Source of the DNA: an uncultured Pelagibacteraceae bacterium
Lineage (GTDB): Bacteria; Pseudomonadota; Alphaproteobacteria; Pelagibacterales; AG-422-B15
Assembly: GCA_902517885.1 (NCBI GenBank)
Contig: CABYDZ010000002.1
Coordinates: 71,805-135,804 of the forward strand
Length of the DNA: 64,000 nucleotides
Direction: 5' to 3'
Positions 56,089-64,000 of the stretch are shown here, piece after piece (the first letter of the stretch is position 1; each line of letters starts with the position of its first letter). Below the pieces are notes generated by a model, which searched no databases, had not been told where the DNA came from, and saw nothing but the letters and a program-made list of their open reading frames with translations. The translations under genes were made by a program, and so were the position numbers.

Positions 56089-56635
56089 AATAATACAATG
56101 ACTTAGGTTATATCTTATCTACTTTTATATTTCGAAACAAGATCAGATCGTCATCTGATCGTCATTGGTATTACAAATATATTATTGCTATTAGATCTCA
56201 TAAATGTATTATTCATGTATGAAAAAAATATTTATATCTCTTACAATGTTACTATTCATATTTGCTTGTGCTAAACCGTATGTTGTAGAAACAAGACAAT
56301 ATGGTGATGCCGATAAATCGTGTTCGCAGTTAGATAGTGAAATTTATAGAACTGAGCAAGTAATAAGGGACGCTAAGGAAGAGAGAGGTATGACTGGAAC
56401 TAATGTAGCTGCAGTATTATTTTGGCTTCCTGGATTAGCTGCAACTTACATGAATGTAAATGAAGCTGTTGAGGCTGGTGAAGAAAGACTTGATGTACTT
56501 TACAATTTAAAAGCAAAGAAGAATTGTTAGAGAACTCTGAGTTTCGTCATTTAGTGTTAACTAATCTTAAAAACCAAAGATATACAGATTTAAATTTATT
56601 ATATATCCTGGCTTAAATAACAATTTGCTACGCCA
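56089..56635. mobile_element. possible remnant of an integrated element (bounded by tRNA 3' end and its degenerate copy); no integrase present
   Basis: This 547-bp segment lies between the intact tRNA(CAU) 3' end and a 41-nt degenerate direct copy of the tRNA 3' half. It carries one small lipoprotein ORF. Confidence 0.3.
56204..56530 (+). CDS. small putative lipoprotein, unknown function
   Basis: The likely start is MKKIF at 56219. It has a lipobox-like signal end (LLFIFAC), then a charged helix and a hydrophobic Gly/Ala segment (AAVLFWLPGLAATY). Confidence 0.55.
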   Translation: MYYSCMKKIFISLTMLLFIFACAKPYVVETRQYGDADKSCSQLDSEIYRTEQVIRDAKEERGMTGTNVAAVLFWLPGLAATYMNVNEAVEAGEERLDVLYNLKAKKNC

Positions 56636-56676
56636 ATAACGGAGTTGTCCTTGGTTCTAGTCCTAGTGGCCCACCA
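56636..56676 (+). repeat. degenerate direct copy of the 3' half of tRNA(CAU) (att-like)
   Basis: ATAACGGAGTTGTCCTTGGTTCTAGTCCTAGTGGCCCACCA aligns to tRNA positions 56047-56088 with 2 substitutions and a 1-nt deletion. No 5' half lies upstream. Confidence 0.85.
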
Positions 56677-56724
56677 TGATCTGAATATTTACAAAATAAA
56701 GTTTATTGAATAATCTTATTAATA

Positions 56725-57573
56725 ATGAATTTCAATATAACTGTTTCTGATCAAGCTTGTGGCGCTGAAATTTCAGGAATAGATTTGAAGAGAGAACTCT
56801 CTGAGAGTCAGATCTCAGATATAAGAGATTTGTGGCTTGAGCACCACGTGTTGAGCTTTCCAAATCAATCTTTAGACGATGATGCTCTTGAACGTTTCAC
56901 ACTTTGCTTTGGTTCATTTGGAGATGATCCCTTCATAGCACCTATTCCAGGCAGAAAAAATATTATTGCTGTTAAAAGAGTAGCGGATGAGAAGGTTCCA
57001 ATTTTTGCAGACAATTGGCACACAGACTGGAGTTTTCAAGAAAATCCTCCAGCAGGTACTTGCCTTTATGGAAAAATTATTCCAACTAAGGGCGGCGATA
57101 CTTTATTTTCCAATCAACACATGGCATTAGAAAAAATGCCAGCTCCACTTAGAAAAAAACTTGAGGGTAAAAATGCAATTCATTCAGCTTCGGTTCCTTA
57201 CTCGCCAGGAGGAGGATATGGAGATAGAGATAGAGAAATGGGACGAAGTATGGATATACGCGCATCTGATGAAGCATTTTCAAAACAATTACATCCTATA
57301 ATAAAGAAGCATACTGAGACAAAACGGGAGGGAATTTATGGTACAATAGGTTATATCATTGGCATTGATGGCATGGATAGCCAAGATGCGATGAAACTGC
57401 TGATGGAATTGAGTGCTTGGCAGTGTCAAGAAGAGTTTATTTATAAACACCAATGGAAAAAAGATATGTTAATTATGTGGGATAATAGAAGCGTCTTGCA
57501 TAGAGCTACAGGAGGCTATGAGGGTCAAGAGAGGCTCTTACATAGAACAACAATTGCCGCTTATGAAGAATAA
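56725..57573 (+). CDS. TauD/TfdA-family Fe(II)/2-oxoglutarate dioxygenase
   Basis: It has the H-x-D motif in WHTDWSF, the distal His in SVLHRAT, and the family-typical GGDTLF segment. Confidence 0.85.
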   Translation: MNFNITVSDQACGAEISGIDLKRELSESQISDIRDLWLEHHVLSFPNQSLDDDALERFTLCFGSFGDDPFIAPIPGRKNIIAVKRVADEKVPIFADNWHTDWSFQENPPAGTCLYGKIIPTKGGDTLFSNQHMALEKMPAPLRKKLEGKNAIHSASVPYSPGGGYGDRDREMGRSMDIRASDEAFSKQLHPIIKKHTETKREGIYGTIGYIIGIDGMDSQDAMKLLMELSAWQCQEEFIYKHQWKKDMLIMWDNRSVLHRATGGYEGQERLLHRTTIAAYEE

Positions 57574-57582
57574 GCTAATAAT

Positions 57583-58650
57583 CTAATTTTTTCTTGCCTC
57601 AATCACCATATTGCTTGCATTCTTTTTAACTACTTTGCAATTCTTAAAGCCTGCTTCATTTAATATATCTATTAGTTTTGAGGGCCCAGCTTGTGCGCCT
57701 AAAGCTAAGCCAACTTCTTGTGATTTTGAAGTTGGTATGCAGCCTATTGTTGAAAATGAATAATACATTTGGCCAAAAAGATTGAAGTTATCTTGTGGCT
57801 CATCATTTGCAGTGGGCTCGATTAATATCACAGATCCATTATCTTCAAGTTGATCGTAAGCATATTTAGCAGCTCCAACAGGATCCCCCATATCGTGTAG
57901 GCAGTCAAAAAATGCAATATAGTCGTGCTTACCATGATAACTTTTGGCATCAGCTGTCGTATATTTAATTCTTTTATCCAGTCCTGCTTTTTTAGCTAAC
58001 TTCTCAGCTTCTTTAATTGAAGGCTCGTGAATGTCATAGCCACATACTTTTGCGTTAGGAAAAGTTTGAGCGATAATCATAGTTGACAAACCATAACCAC
58101 AGCCAATATCAGCAAAGCTGGCTCCTGTATTCATTCGTTCTTCAAGATTTTCAATTTTTGGTAGCCAACTCGTCACCAAATTCTTTTCATAAGAAGGTTT
58201 AAAGAAACGGGCAGTTCCTTGAAAACATATTGGACAAGAATCTTTATAATCAACACCATCTCCAGTTTTGAAAGCTTCTTTGACCTGACCCTCATTATGT
58301 ATTGCACCAGTCAACATATCATAAGCTCCTATCATTGATGCTGGACCATCATCCTCTGCAAAAACTGCAACTTGCTCAGGAGTTAATGAAAATTTTTTTA
58401 TTTCTGCATTGTATGTTGCAAAACCAGCAGCTGAAACTGCATACAACCACTCTCTTAGATATCTCTCATCAAGTGCTGTTGCTTTTGCTAGTTCATTTGA
58501 ACTGACTTCTCCTATTTCACTTAGTTTCTTAAATATACCAAGCTGATCTCCAATTCTCATCAATGGAATTATCGCTGAAGCAGAAACATCCTGCATGATT
58601 TTAAGTTGTAGCTTTTTCAGTGTTTCGGGATTTATTTCTTTATTTTCCAT
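57583..58650 (-). CDS. class I SAM-dependent methyltransferase with N-terminal winged-helix domain
   Basis: It has the SAM motif I FADIGCGYG and a roughly 90-aa N-terminal helical/wHTH-like region (GIFKKLSEIGEVSSNELAKATALDERYLREWL). Confidence 0.75.
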   Translation of the reverse strand: MENKEINPETLKKLQLKIMQDVSASAIIPLMRIGDQLGIFKKLSEIGEVSSNELAKATALDERYLREWLYAVSAAGFATYNAEIKKFSLTPEQVAVFAEDDGPASMIGAYDMLTGAIHNEGQVKEAFKTGDGVDYKDSCPICFQGTARFFKPSYEKNLVTSWLPKIENLEERMNTGASFADIGCGYGLSTMIIAQTFPNAKVCGYDIHEPSIKEAEKLAKKAGLDKRIKYTTADAKSYHGKHDYIAFFDCLHDMGDPVGAAKYAYDQLEDNGSVILIEPTANDEPQDNFNLFGQMYYSFSTIGCIPTSKSQEVGLALGAQAGPSKLIDILNEAGFKNCKVVKKNASNMVIEARKN

Positions 58651-58756
58651 ATTGTATTGCTCCTAAAATTTTTTTTACAACTTAAATAATAGATTAAGTA
58701 GGATACAAGTGTTAATCTAAATTTTAATAATAATTTTCAACAACAAATAAATAGAT

Positions 58757-59740
58757 ATGTCCTATTCATTAATTATCTTAATCATCGGATTGCTTATTAT
58801 CCTTGGGTTAATTTATTCTTTCTTTAAATCTTTTAAGAATGATGTTCCAAGAAATATAATAGAAGCGAGATATGCAAAATCGGAGTCTAAATTTATTACA
58901 CTAGATAATGGTTCAAGAATACATACTCTAGTTAAAGGAAATCCAGATGCACCCGTATTAGTTTTACTTCATGGCTACTTAGCTTCATTGTTCACATTTG
59001 ATAAAGTTGTACCCCAGCTATCTGAAAAATATAAAGTAGTCTGCTTAGACTTTCCAGCATTTGGTTTGACTGGAGCAGTCCCAAATAAGGATTATTCAAT
59101 TGAGACTTTTATTGAGACAGTAAATCAAGTAGTTAAAAAATTAAGTATAGATAAATTTTACCTTTTAGGTCATTCGATGGGTGGCAGAGTTGCGTGGCGT
59201 TATACCATTAAATATCCAGATCAGGTAAAGAAATTAATACTTGTTGGATCAGGAGTTCTTCTTAATGAAGGCGATCTTGAGAGATTTGAAAGGCAAAATA
59301 TTCCTAAAGCATTCAGATATATCGGCGCTAATTTTCCTTATAAAGAAAAATTTGTTTACTTCACACCAAAATTTTTTGCAAAACAAGGGGCGAAGGTTTC
59401 GGTTTATGACCAAAACTTAGTTACAGATGAAATGGTTGATCAGTATTATGATTTACCTCTGCTTGAAGGTTCAAGGCAGGCATTAGCTGACATGGCATTA
59501 ATGAATGAGGTAAAAGATTTGTTGTTAGATGATGAAAATTTATTAAAACAAATAAAAGTACCATCTTTGATGATACACGGTGACAAAGATAATATCATTG
59601 GTTTGTGGGCAACAAAACCATTTGAGAATAATATAAATAATTTAAAAATAAAAATTTTTACGAATATGGGTCATATGCCAATGATCGAGGACCCCATTGG
59701 CGTCGTAAAAGAAATCAATGACTTTATAAAAATAGATTAA
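58757..59740 (+). CDS. membrane-anchored alpha/beta hydrolase
   Basis: It has an N-terminal TM helix, an oxyanion segment (LLHGY), a nucleophile elbow (GHSMGG) and a C-terminal GHMP His. Confidence 0.8.
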   Translation: MSYSLIILIIGLLIILGLIYSFFKSFKNDVPRNIIEARYAKSESKFITLDNGSRIHTLVKGNPDAPVLVLLHGYLASLFTFDKVVPQLSEKYKVVCLDFPAFGLTGAVPNKDYSIETFIETVNQVVKKLSIDKFYLLGHSMGGRVAWRYTIKYPDQVKKLILVGSGVLLNEGDLERFERQNIPKAFRYIGANFPYKEKFVYFTPKFFAKQGAKVSVYDQNLVTDEMVDQYYDLPLLEGSRQALADMALMNEVKDLLLDDENLLKQIKVPSLMIHGDKDNIIGLWATKPFENNINNLKIKIFTNMGHMPMIEDPIGVVKEINDFIKID

Positions 59741-59750
59741 GTATAATCTT

Positions 59751-60440
59751 TCAAGTTTTGAGGGTTTGACCTTTTAAGTTTGCTGGAATTGCAACATCCA
59801 TCATCTTTGGATTAGCTAAATTAAGATTATCCATAATTTCGGCATATTCAGCTGCTGAATTCACTTGAAGTCTTGGATTATTTTTCTTTTCACTACCGAT
59901 TGTTGAAAATTGATTGCCCTTATAATCATGCGCTGGGTAAACTAAGGTCTCTTCAGGTAATTTTAAAACTTTATTAAAGAGAGAGTCATAAGCTTCGCTA
60001 GCGCTTCCATTTTGGAAATCAGTTCTACCGGTGCCATTTATCAAAAGTGTATCACCAGTAAAAATACGATCGTTCATTAAAAAGCAATATGAGTCATCCG
60101 TATGTCCTGGTGTATAAAGAGCTTCTAAATTAATTCCGTCAATAATTATTTTATCATTGTCCTTTACTTTTAAGTTAACCACTTCAGATTTTGAATGTTC
60201 TCCCATAACTGTTTGGCAATTTGTTCTTTCTTTTAATTCTGCCATTGCAGAAATATGATCAGCATGAATATGGGTATCGATGACTTTAACGAGCCTTAAG
60301 TCTAAATCATTTAATAAATCAGTATAAATGTAAGTATGTTCAATTACTGGATCAATTATTAAAGCCTCGCGGCCCTTACCACTGGCAACGATATACGTGT
60401 AGGTAGATGATTTCTCGTCAAAAAGTTGTTTAAAAATCAT
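59751..60440 (-). CDS. MBL-fold persulfide dioxygenase (ETHE1-like)
   Basis: The N-terminus FKQLFDEKSSTYTYIV, the metal motif THIHADH, TPGHTDDS and GRTDFQNGS are all typical of ETHE1-type sulfur dioxygenases. Confidence 0.8.
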   Translation of the reverse strand: MIFKQLFDEKSSTYTYIVASGKGREALIIDPVIEHTYIYTDLLNDLDLRLVKVIDTHIHADHISAMAELKERTNCQTVMGEHSKSEVVNLKVKDNDKIIIDGINLEALYTPGHTDDSYCFLMNDRIFTGDTLLINGTGRTDFQNGSASEAYDSLFNKVLKLPEETLVYPAHDYKGNQFSTIGSEKKNNPRLQVNSAAEYAEIMDNLNLANPKMMDVAIPANLKGQTLKT

Positions 60441-60519
60441 TATGAATCAACATCTTATAAAAATTTGAACAGAAAGCAATCTTGTTTATAATAATTCTAA
60501 ATTAATAAAGGGGAATTAA

Positions 60520-61182
60520 ATGACTTTAAAAATTAATAGCATGTGTCCAGATTTTGAAGCTAAGACTTCAGAAGGAGACATTTCTTTTCATGAATGGCTA
60601 GGAGATAGTTGGGGAGTATTATTTTCTCACCCTAAAGATTTCACACCCGTTTGTACTACGGAACTAGGTGTATTAGCTGGAATGAAAGATGAATTTGATA
60701 AAAGAAATGTAAAAGTGATTGGACTGAGCGTCGATGGTGTTGAAGATCATATAAAATGGTTAGACGATATTAAGGATGTTTCAGGCATAAGGCCAACTTA
60801 TCCAATAATTGCTGATGAAGATTTAAAAGTTGCTAAGCTTTTCAATATGCTTGAAGGCGATGCTGGTACATCATCAATGGGAAGAACTGCCGTAGACAAT
60901 GAAACTGTTCGGACAATATTTGTTGTAAGGCCAGACAAAAGAATTGGCCTATATTTAACATATCCTATGGCTACAGGAAGAAATTTCCATGAAATTTTGC
61001 GTGCAATCGACTCTATGCAGCTTACCGCTAATCATAAAGTTGCAACTCCAGCTAACTGGAAAAAAGGTGAAGACGTTGTAATACTTCCAGCAGTTAAAAA
61101 TGAGGATGCAGAAAAAATATATCCTGATGGATGGGAAACTGTAAAACCTTATTTACGCAAGGTACCTGATCCCTCGAAATAA
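60520..61182 (+). CDS. 1-Cys peroxiredoxin (Prx6 type)
   Basis: It has the peroxidatic motif HPKDFTPVCTTE, is 220 aa long, and has no resolving Cys context. Confidence 0.9.
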   Translation: MTLKINSMCPDFEAKTSEGDISFHEWLGDSWGVLFSHPKDFTPVCTTELGVLAGMKDEFDKRNVKVIGLSVDGVEDHIKWLDDIKDVSGIRPTYPIIADEDLKVAKLFNMLEGDAGTSSMGRTAVDNETVRTIFVVRPDKRIGLYLTYPMATGRNFHEILRAIDSMQLTANHKVATPANWKKGEDVVILPAVKNEDAEKIYPDGWETVKPYLRKVPDPSK

Positions 61183-61183
61183 A

Positions 61184-61837
61184 TTGGATAGTAAACTCTT
61201 ATACAAACAATCTCAGCATTGGGAAAATAATTTCCAAAATAAGCCTGAGATGTTTGGAATAGATCCCAGTATAGCTGCTATCAAATCTGCAAAAATATTC
61301 AAATCCCATAGAATTAATAAAGTTTTAGAAATAGGAGCTGGCCAGGGTCGTGATACTCTATATTTCGCTAAACAAGGTTTCAAAATTGACTCTTTAGATT
61401 ACAGTAAAAAAGCAATTAATGACATAAGTGAAAAAAGTAGAACGAATCGTCTAGAAAATCTTATTACATCTAAGGTTCATGATATGAGATTGCCCTTACC
61501 TTATAAGAATGAATGCTTTGAAGCATGTTATTCACACATGCTTTACTGTATGGCATTTTCGATGAATGAGATTATATCATTAAATAATGAAGTTTTAAGA
61601 ATATTAAAAAAGGGAGGTATAAATATTTTTACTGTTCGTAATACATTGGACGGTGATTACAAAAATGGCATTCATAGAGATGAAGATTTATATGAAAATG
61701 ATGGATTTATTGTACATTTTTTTTCGATAGAAAAAATAAAGAAACTTCTAAATGGGTTCGAATTAATAAAAATTGATGATTTTAATGAGGGAAAGTTTCC
61801 GAGAAAATTATATAAAGTTGTACTTAAGAAATTATGA
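61184..61837 (+). CDS. class I SAM-dependent methyltransferase
   Basis: It has the SAM motif I VLEIGAGQGRD and the post-I acidic residue (IDSLDYS). It has a TTG start 1 nt after the Prx stop. Confidence 0.75.
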   Translation: MDSKLLYKQSQHWENNFQNKPEMFGIDPSIAAIKSAKIFKSHRINKVLEIGAGQGRDTLYFAKQGFKIDSLDYSKKAINDISEKSRTNRLENLITSKVHDMRLPLPYKNECFEACYSHMLYCMAFSMNEIISLNNEVLRILKKGGINIFTVRNTLDGDYKNGIHRDEDLYENDGFIVHFFSIEKIKKLLNGFELIKIDDFNEGKFPRKLYKVVLKKL

Positions 61838-63150
61838 AAATTGATAAAACATTGCAACTTCCTTGCGGTGTAGAGATAAAAAATAGATTTTTAAAATCTG
61901 CAATGACTGAAGGTATTGCAAATAGTGATGCATTATCAAACGAACGTCATGTAAAACTATATGAACGCTGGGCAAAAGGGGGTACAGGAATCTCAATTAC
62001 TGGCAATGTACAAATAGACCATCGGTACATTGAGCGCGCTGGAAATGTTGTTATAGAAGGGACACAAACAAATGAAAGCTTAGCAGCTTTAGCAAATTGG
62101 TCTCAGGCTGGAAAACAGAACAATACCCAGTTATGGATGCAGCTCAGTCACGCAGGGCGTCAAACCCCATTTTCTATCAATAAAAAATCAGTAGCACCTT
62201 CAGTCAAACCTATGCCGACTTTAGGTGGAGTTTTGAAGTTTGGGGTACCCGAGGAACTCTCACACACTCAAATTCTAGATATCATTGATCGATTTATTAA
62301 CGCTGCTGAAATTGCAAAACAAACTGGTTTTACTGGCGTACAACTGCATTCAGCGCATGGATATTTATTATCAGAATTTTTGTCACCAAATATAAATAAT
62401 AGAACTGATCAATGGGGTGGGAGTATAGAAAATAGGTCAAGATTGTTGATTAGTATTATTGATGGGATCAGAGAAAGAGTTGGAAATAGCTTTCCCATAT
62501 CTATAAAATTAAATTCATCAGATTTTCAAAAAGGTGGTTTTACCCATGAGGAAAGTATTGAAGTTGCCAAACTACTTAATTTAACCTCATTGGATTTGCT
62601 TGAGATTTCTGGAGGTACATATGAAAATTTTGCAGCCTTGGAAATTGATTCTTTTAACCTAAAAAAAATGAAAACAATAAAACCTCAAAGAAGTACAGTT
62701 GTAAGAGAGGCTTATTTTTTAAAATATGCAGAGGAAATCAAAAAGTTTCTTTCAATTCCTCTTGCCGTAACCGGAGGTTTTCGCACTATTGATGGAATGA
62801 ATAGTGCACTCAATAGTGGAGCCTGTGATGTTATAGGTCTTGGAAGACCTTTATGCTCCGAACCTGAAATTATTAATGAATTGATAAGTGGAGAAAAAAA
62901 GTCAGCTACACTTTATGAGAATATTCTTCAATTTGGACCTTGGATATTTGGCCTTAACAGTCCGATTGCATTGATGAGGTCTAATAATAAAGCAGCTCAA
63001 GTATATTGGTGCTATCGACAAATTTTAAAAATGGCTAACGGTGAAGAAGTTAATAACAAGCTTAGTTTAACAAAAGCTTTATTTGATCATTTTAGAGAAG
63101 ATTCAGCCAACAGTAAAAAATACCAAGAATATTGGAGTGATCTAAATTGA
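61834..63150 (+). CDS. Old Yellow Enzyme family NADH:flavin oxidoreductase
   Basis: It has the TIM-barrel OYE motifs HSAHGYLLSEFLSP and VIGLGRP. Confidence 0.85.
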   Translation: MKIDKTLQLPCGVEIKNRFLKSAMTEGIANSDALSNERHVKLYERWAKGGTGISITGNVQIDHRYIERAGNVVIEGTQTNESLAALANWSQAGKQNNTQLWMQLSHAGRQTPFSINKKSVAPSVKPMPTLGGVLKFGVPEELSHTQILDIIDRFINAAEIAKQTGFTGVQLHSAHGYLLSEFLSPNINNRTDQWGGSIENRSRLLISIIDGIRERVGNSFPISIKLNSSDFQKGGFTHEESIEVAKLLNLTSLDLLEISGGTYENFAALEIDSFNLKKMKTIKPQRSTVVREAYFLKYAEEIKKFLSIPLAVTGGFRTIDGMNSALNSGACDVIGLGRPLCSEPEIINELISGEKKSATLYENILQFGPWIFGLNSPIALMRSNNKAAQVYWCYRQILKMANGEEVNNKLSLTKALFDHFREDSANSKKYQEYWSDLN

Positions 63151-63674
63151 AGAGATTAATCATTCTTATAATTCTCTTTTCAAATTTTGCTTATGCAGAT
63201 CAAAAAGATGGTCGCTTGATTGAGCTTTTTGATAAGTTATTTTTAAGTACTAATAATATGGAGGCTAGTAAGCTTCTGTTTAATATATGGGATATATGGT
63301 CTATAGCCGATAATCAAGAAACGCAGATTTTATTTGATGAAGCAAATCAATTCATGGATGTTGGTGAATTAGATAACGCAATTGAATTATTTTCAAAAGT
63401 TATTGAGCAAAGCCCAGAATTTGCCGAAGGGTGGAACAAGAGAGCCACTGTTTATTTTTTAAAAGGTGAATTAAATAAATCTATATCAGATATTGAAAAA
63501 ACGTTATACCTAGAGCCTCGTCATTTTGGTGCACTTGATGGCTTAGCAGAAATTTACTTGATTAAAGATGATCTGTTAGGTGCTGCAGCAACATATCGAC
63601 GAATTTTAGAAATTATTCCCTCAAGTAAAAAATCTCAAGACCGATTAAGATTAATTAATGATTTATTAGTTTGA
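63147..63674 (+). CDS. secreted TPR-repeat protein
   Basis: It has a signal peptide (LIILFSNFAYA) and TPR-like repeats (AIELFSKVIEQSPEFAEGWNKRA). Confidence 0.65.
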   Translation: MKRLIILIILFSNFAYADQKDGRLIELFDKLFLSTNNMEASKLLFNIWDIWSIADNQETQILFDEANQFMDVGELDNAIELFSKVIEQSPEFAEGWNKRATVYFLKGELNKSISDIEKTLYLEPRHFGALDGLAEIYLIKDDLLGAAATYRRILEIIPSSKKSQDRLRLINDLLV

Positions 63675-64000
63675 TGTGTGGGCGTTACGTACTTTCAGAC
63701 ACAGAAGTGGTTGAAAAAAAATTTAAAACTAAAGTACAAGCATCATATAACATTGCTCCATCACAAAATGTTTTAGTGCTTAAACCGAACCCTGAAATGA
63801 TTAAGTGGTCTTATTCTCCAAAATGGAAAGAGGATATGAATCTTATCAATTGTCGCCATGAAACTTTACTTGAAAAGCCATCTTTTAGAGGTTCCATGCG
63901 ATGTGTTTTTGTGGCTAATGGATGGATTGAATGGCAAAGATTAGAAAATGAAAAAAAACCTTTTTTTCATTCAATAAAAACTGAGCTCATATATTTTGCT
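63674..64000 (+). CDS. SOS response-associated peptidase (SRAP/YedK), N-terminal part, runs off window end
   Basis: The frame is open from the ATG at 63674, which overlaps the upstream TGA as TGATG. It begins MCGRY, the catalytic Cys2 signature of SRAP proteins, followed by YNIAPSQ. Confidence 0.8.
   Translation, partial: MCGRYVLSDTEVVEKKFKTKVQASYNIAPSQNVLVLKPNPEMIKWSYSPKWKEDMNLINCRHETLLEKPSFRGSMRCVFVANGWIEWQRLENEKKPFFHSIKTELIYFA

Overview
The window is AT-rich and very gene-dense. About 70 genes are packed with many 0-10 bp gaps or 1-20 bp overlaps. Gene content and order are typical of a streamlined marine alphaproteobacterium; a SAR11/Pelagibacterales-like origin is my inference from composition and synteny, not a database hit. 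Nearly everything is core housekeeping: the ATP synthase F0 operon, smc, mutY, ccrM, rnhB, ETF-QO, ispE, petABC, purine salvage, the ychF-pth-rplY-prs cluster, lgt, proC, uvrB and uvrC, carAB, and yqeY-dnaG-rpoD. There are two tRNAs, Gln-UUG and a CAU-anticodon tRNA. I found no CRISPR array, transposase, integrase, rRNA or recognisable defence system, and no clearly novel multi-gene system.

The observations most worth a second look are:
- A degenerate copy of the 3' half of tRNA(CAU) lies 547 bp downstream of the intact tRNA. It brackets a single small lipoprotein gene in an att-like scar. A block of redox, sulfur and methyltransferase genes follows and looks more accessory than the rest.
- prs is split by a 1-nt frameshift in an A4 run.
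- The SMC homologue is only 864 aa and has no recognisable hinge.
- Three GANTC (CcrM) sites sit in the 69-bp leader of ccrM itself.
- DnaG has lost three of the four zinc-ribbon ligands.
- An uncharacterised, translationally coupled operon encodes an ELM1-like protein, a 2OG-oxygenase-like protein and an AsnC regulator.

All protein calls rest on motifs I recognise by eye in the supplied translations. No searches were run.
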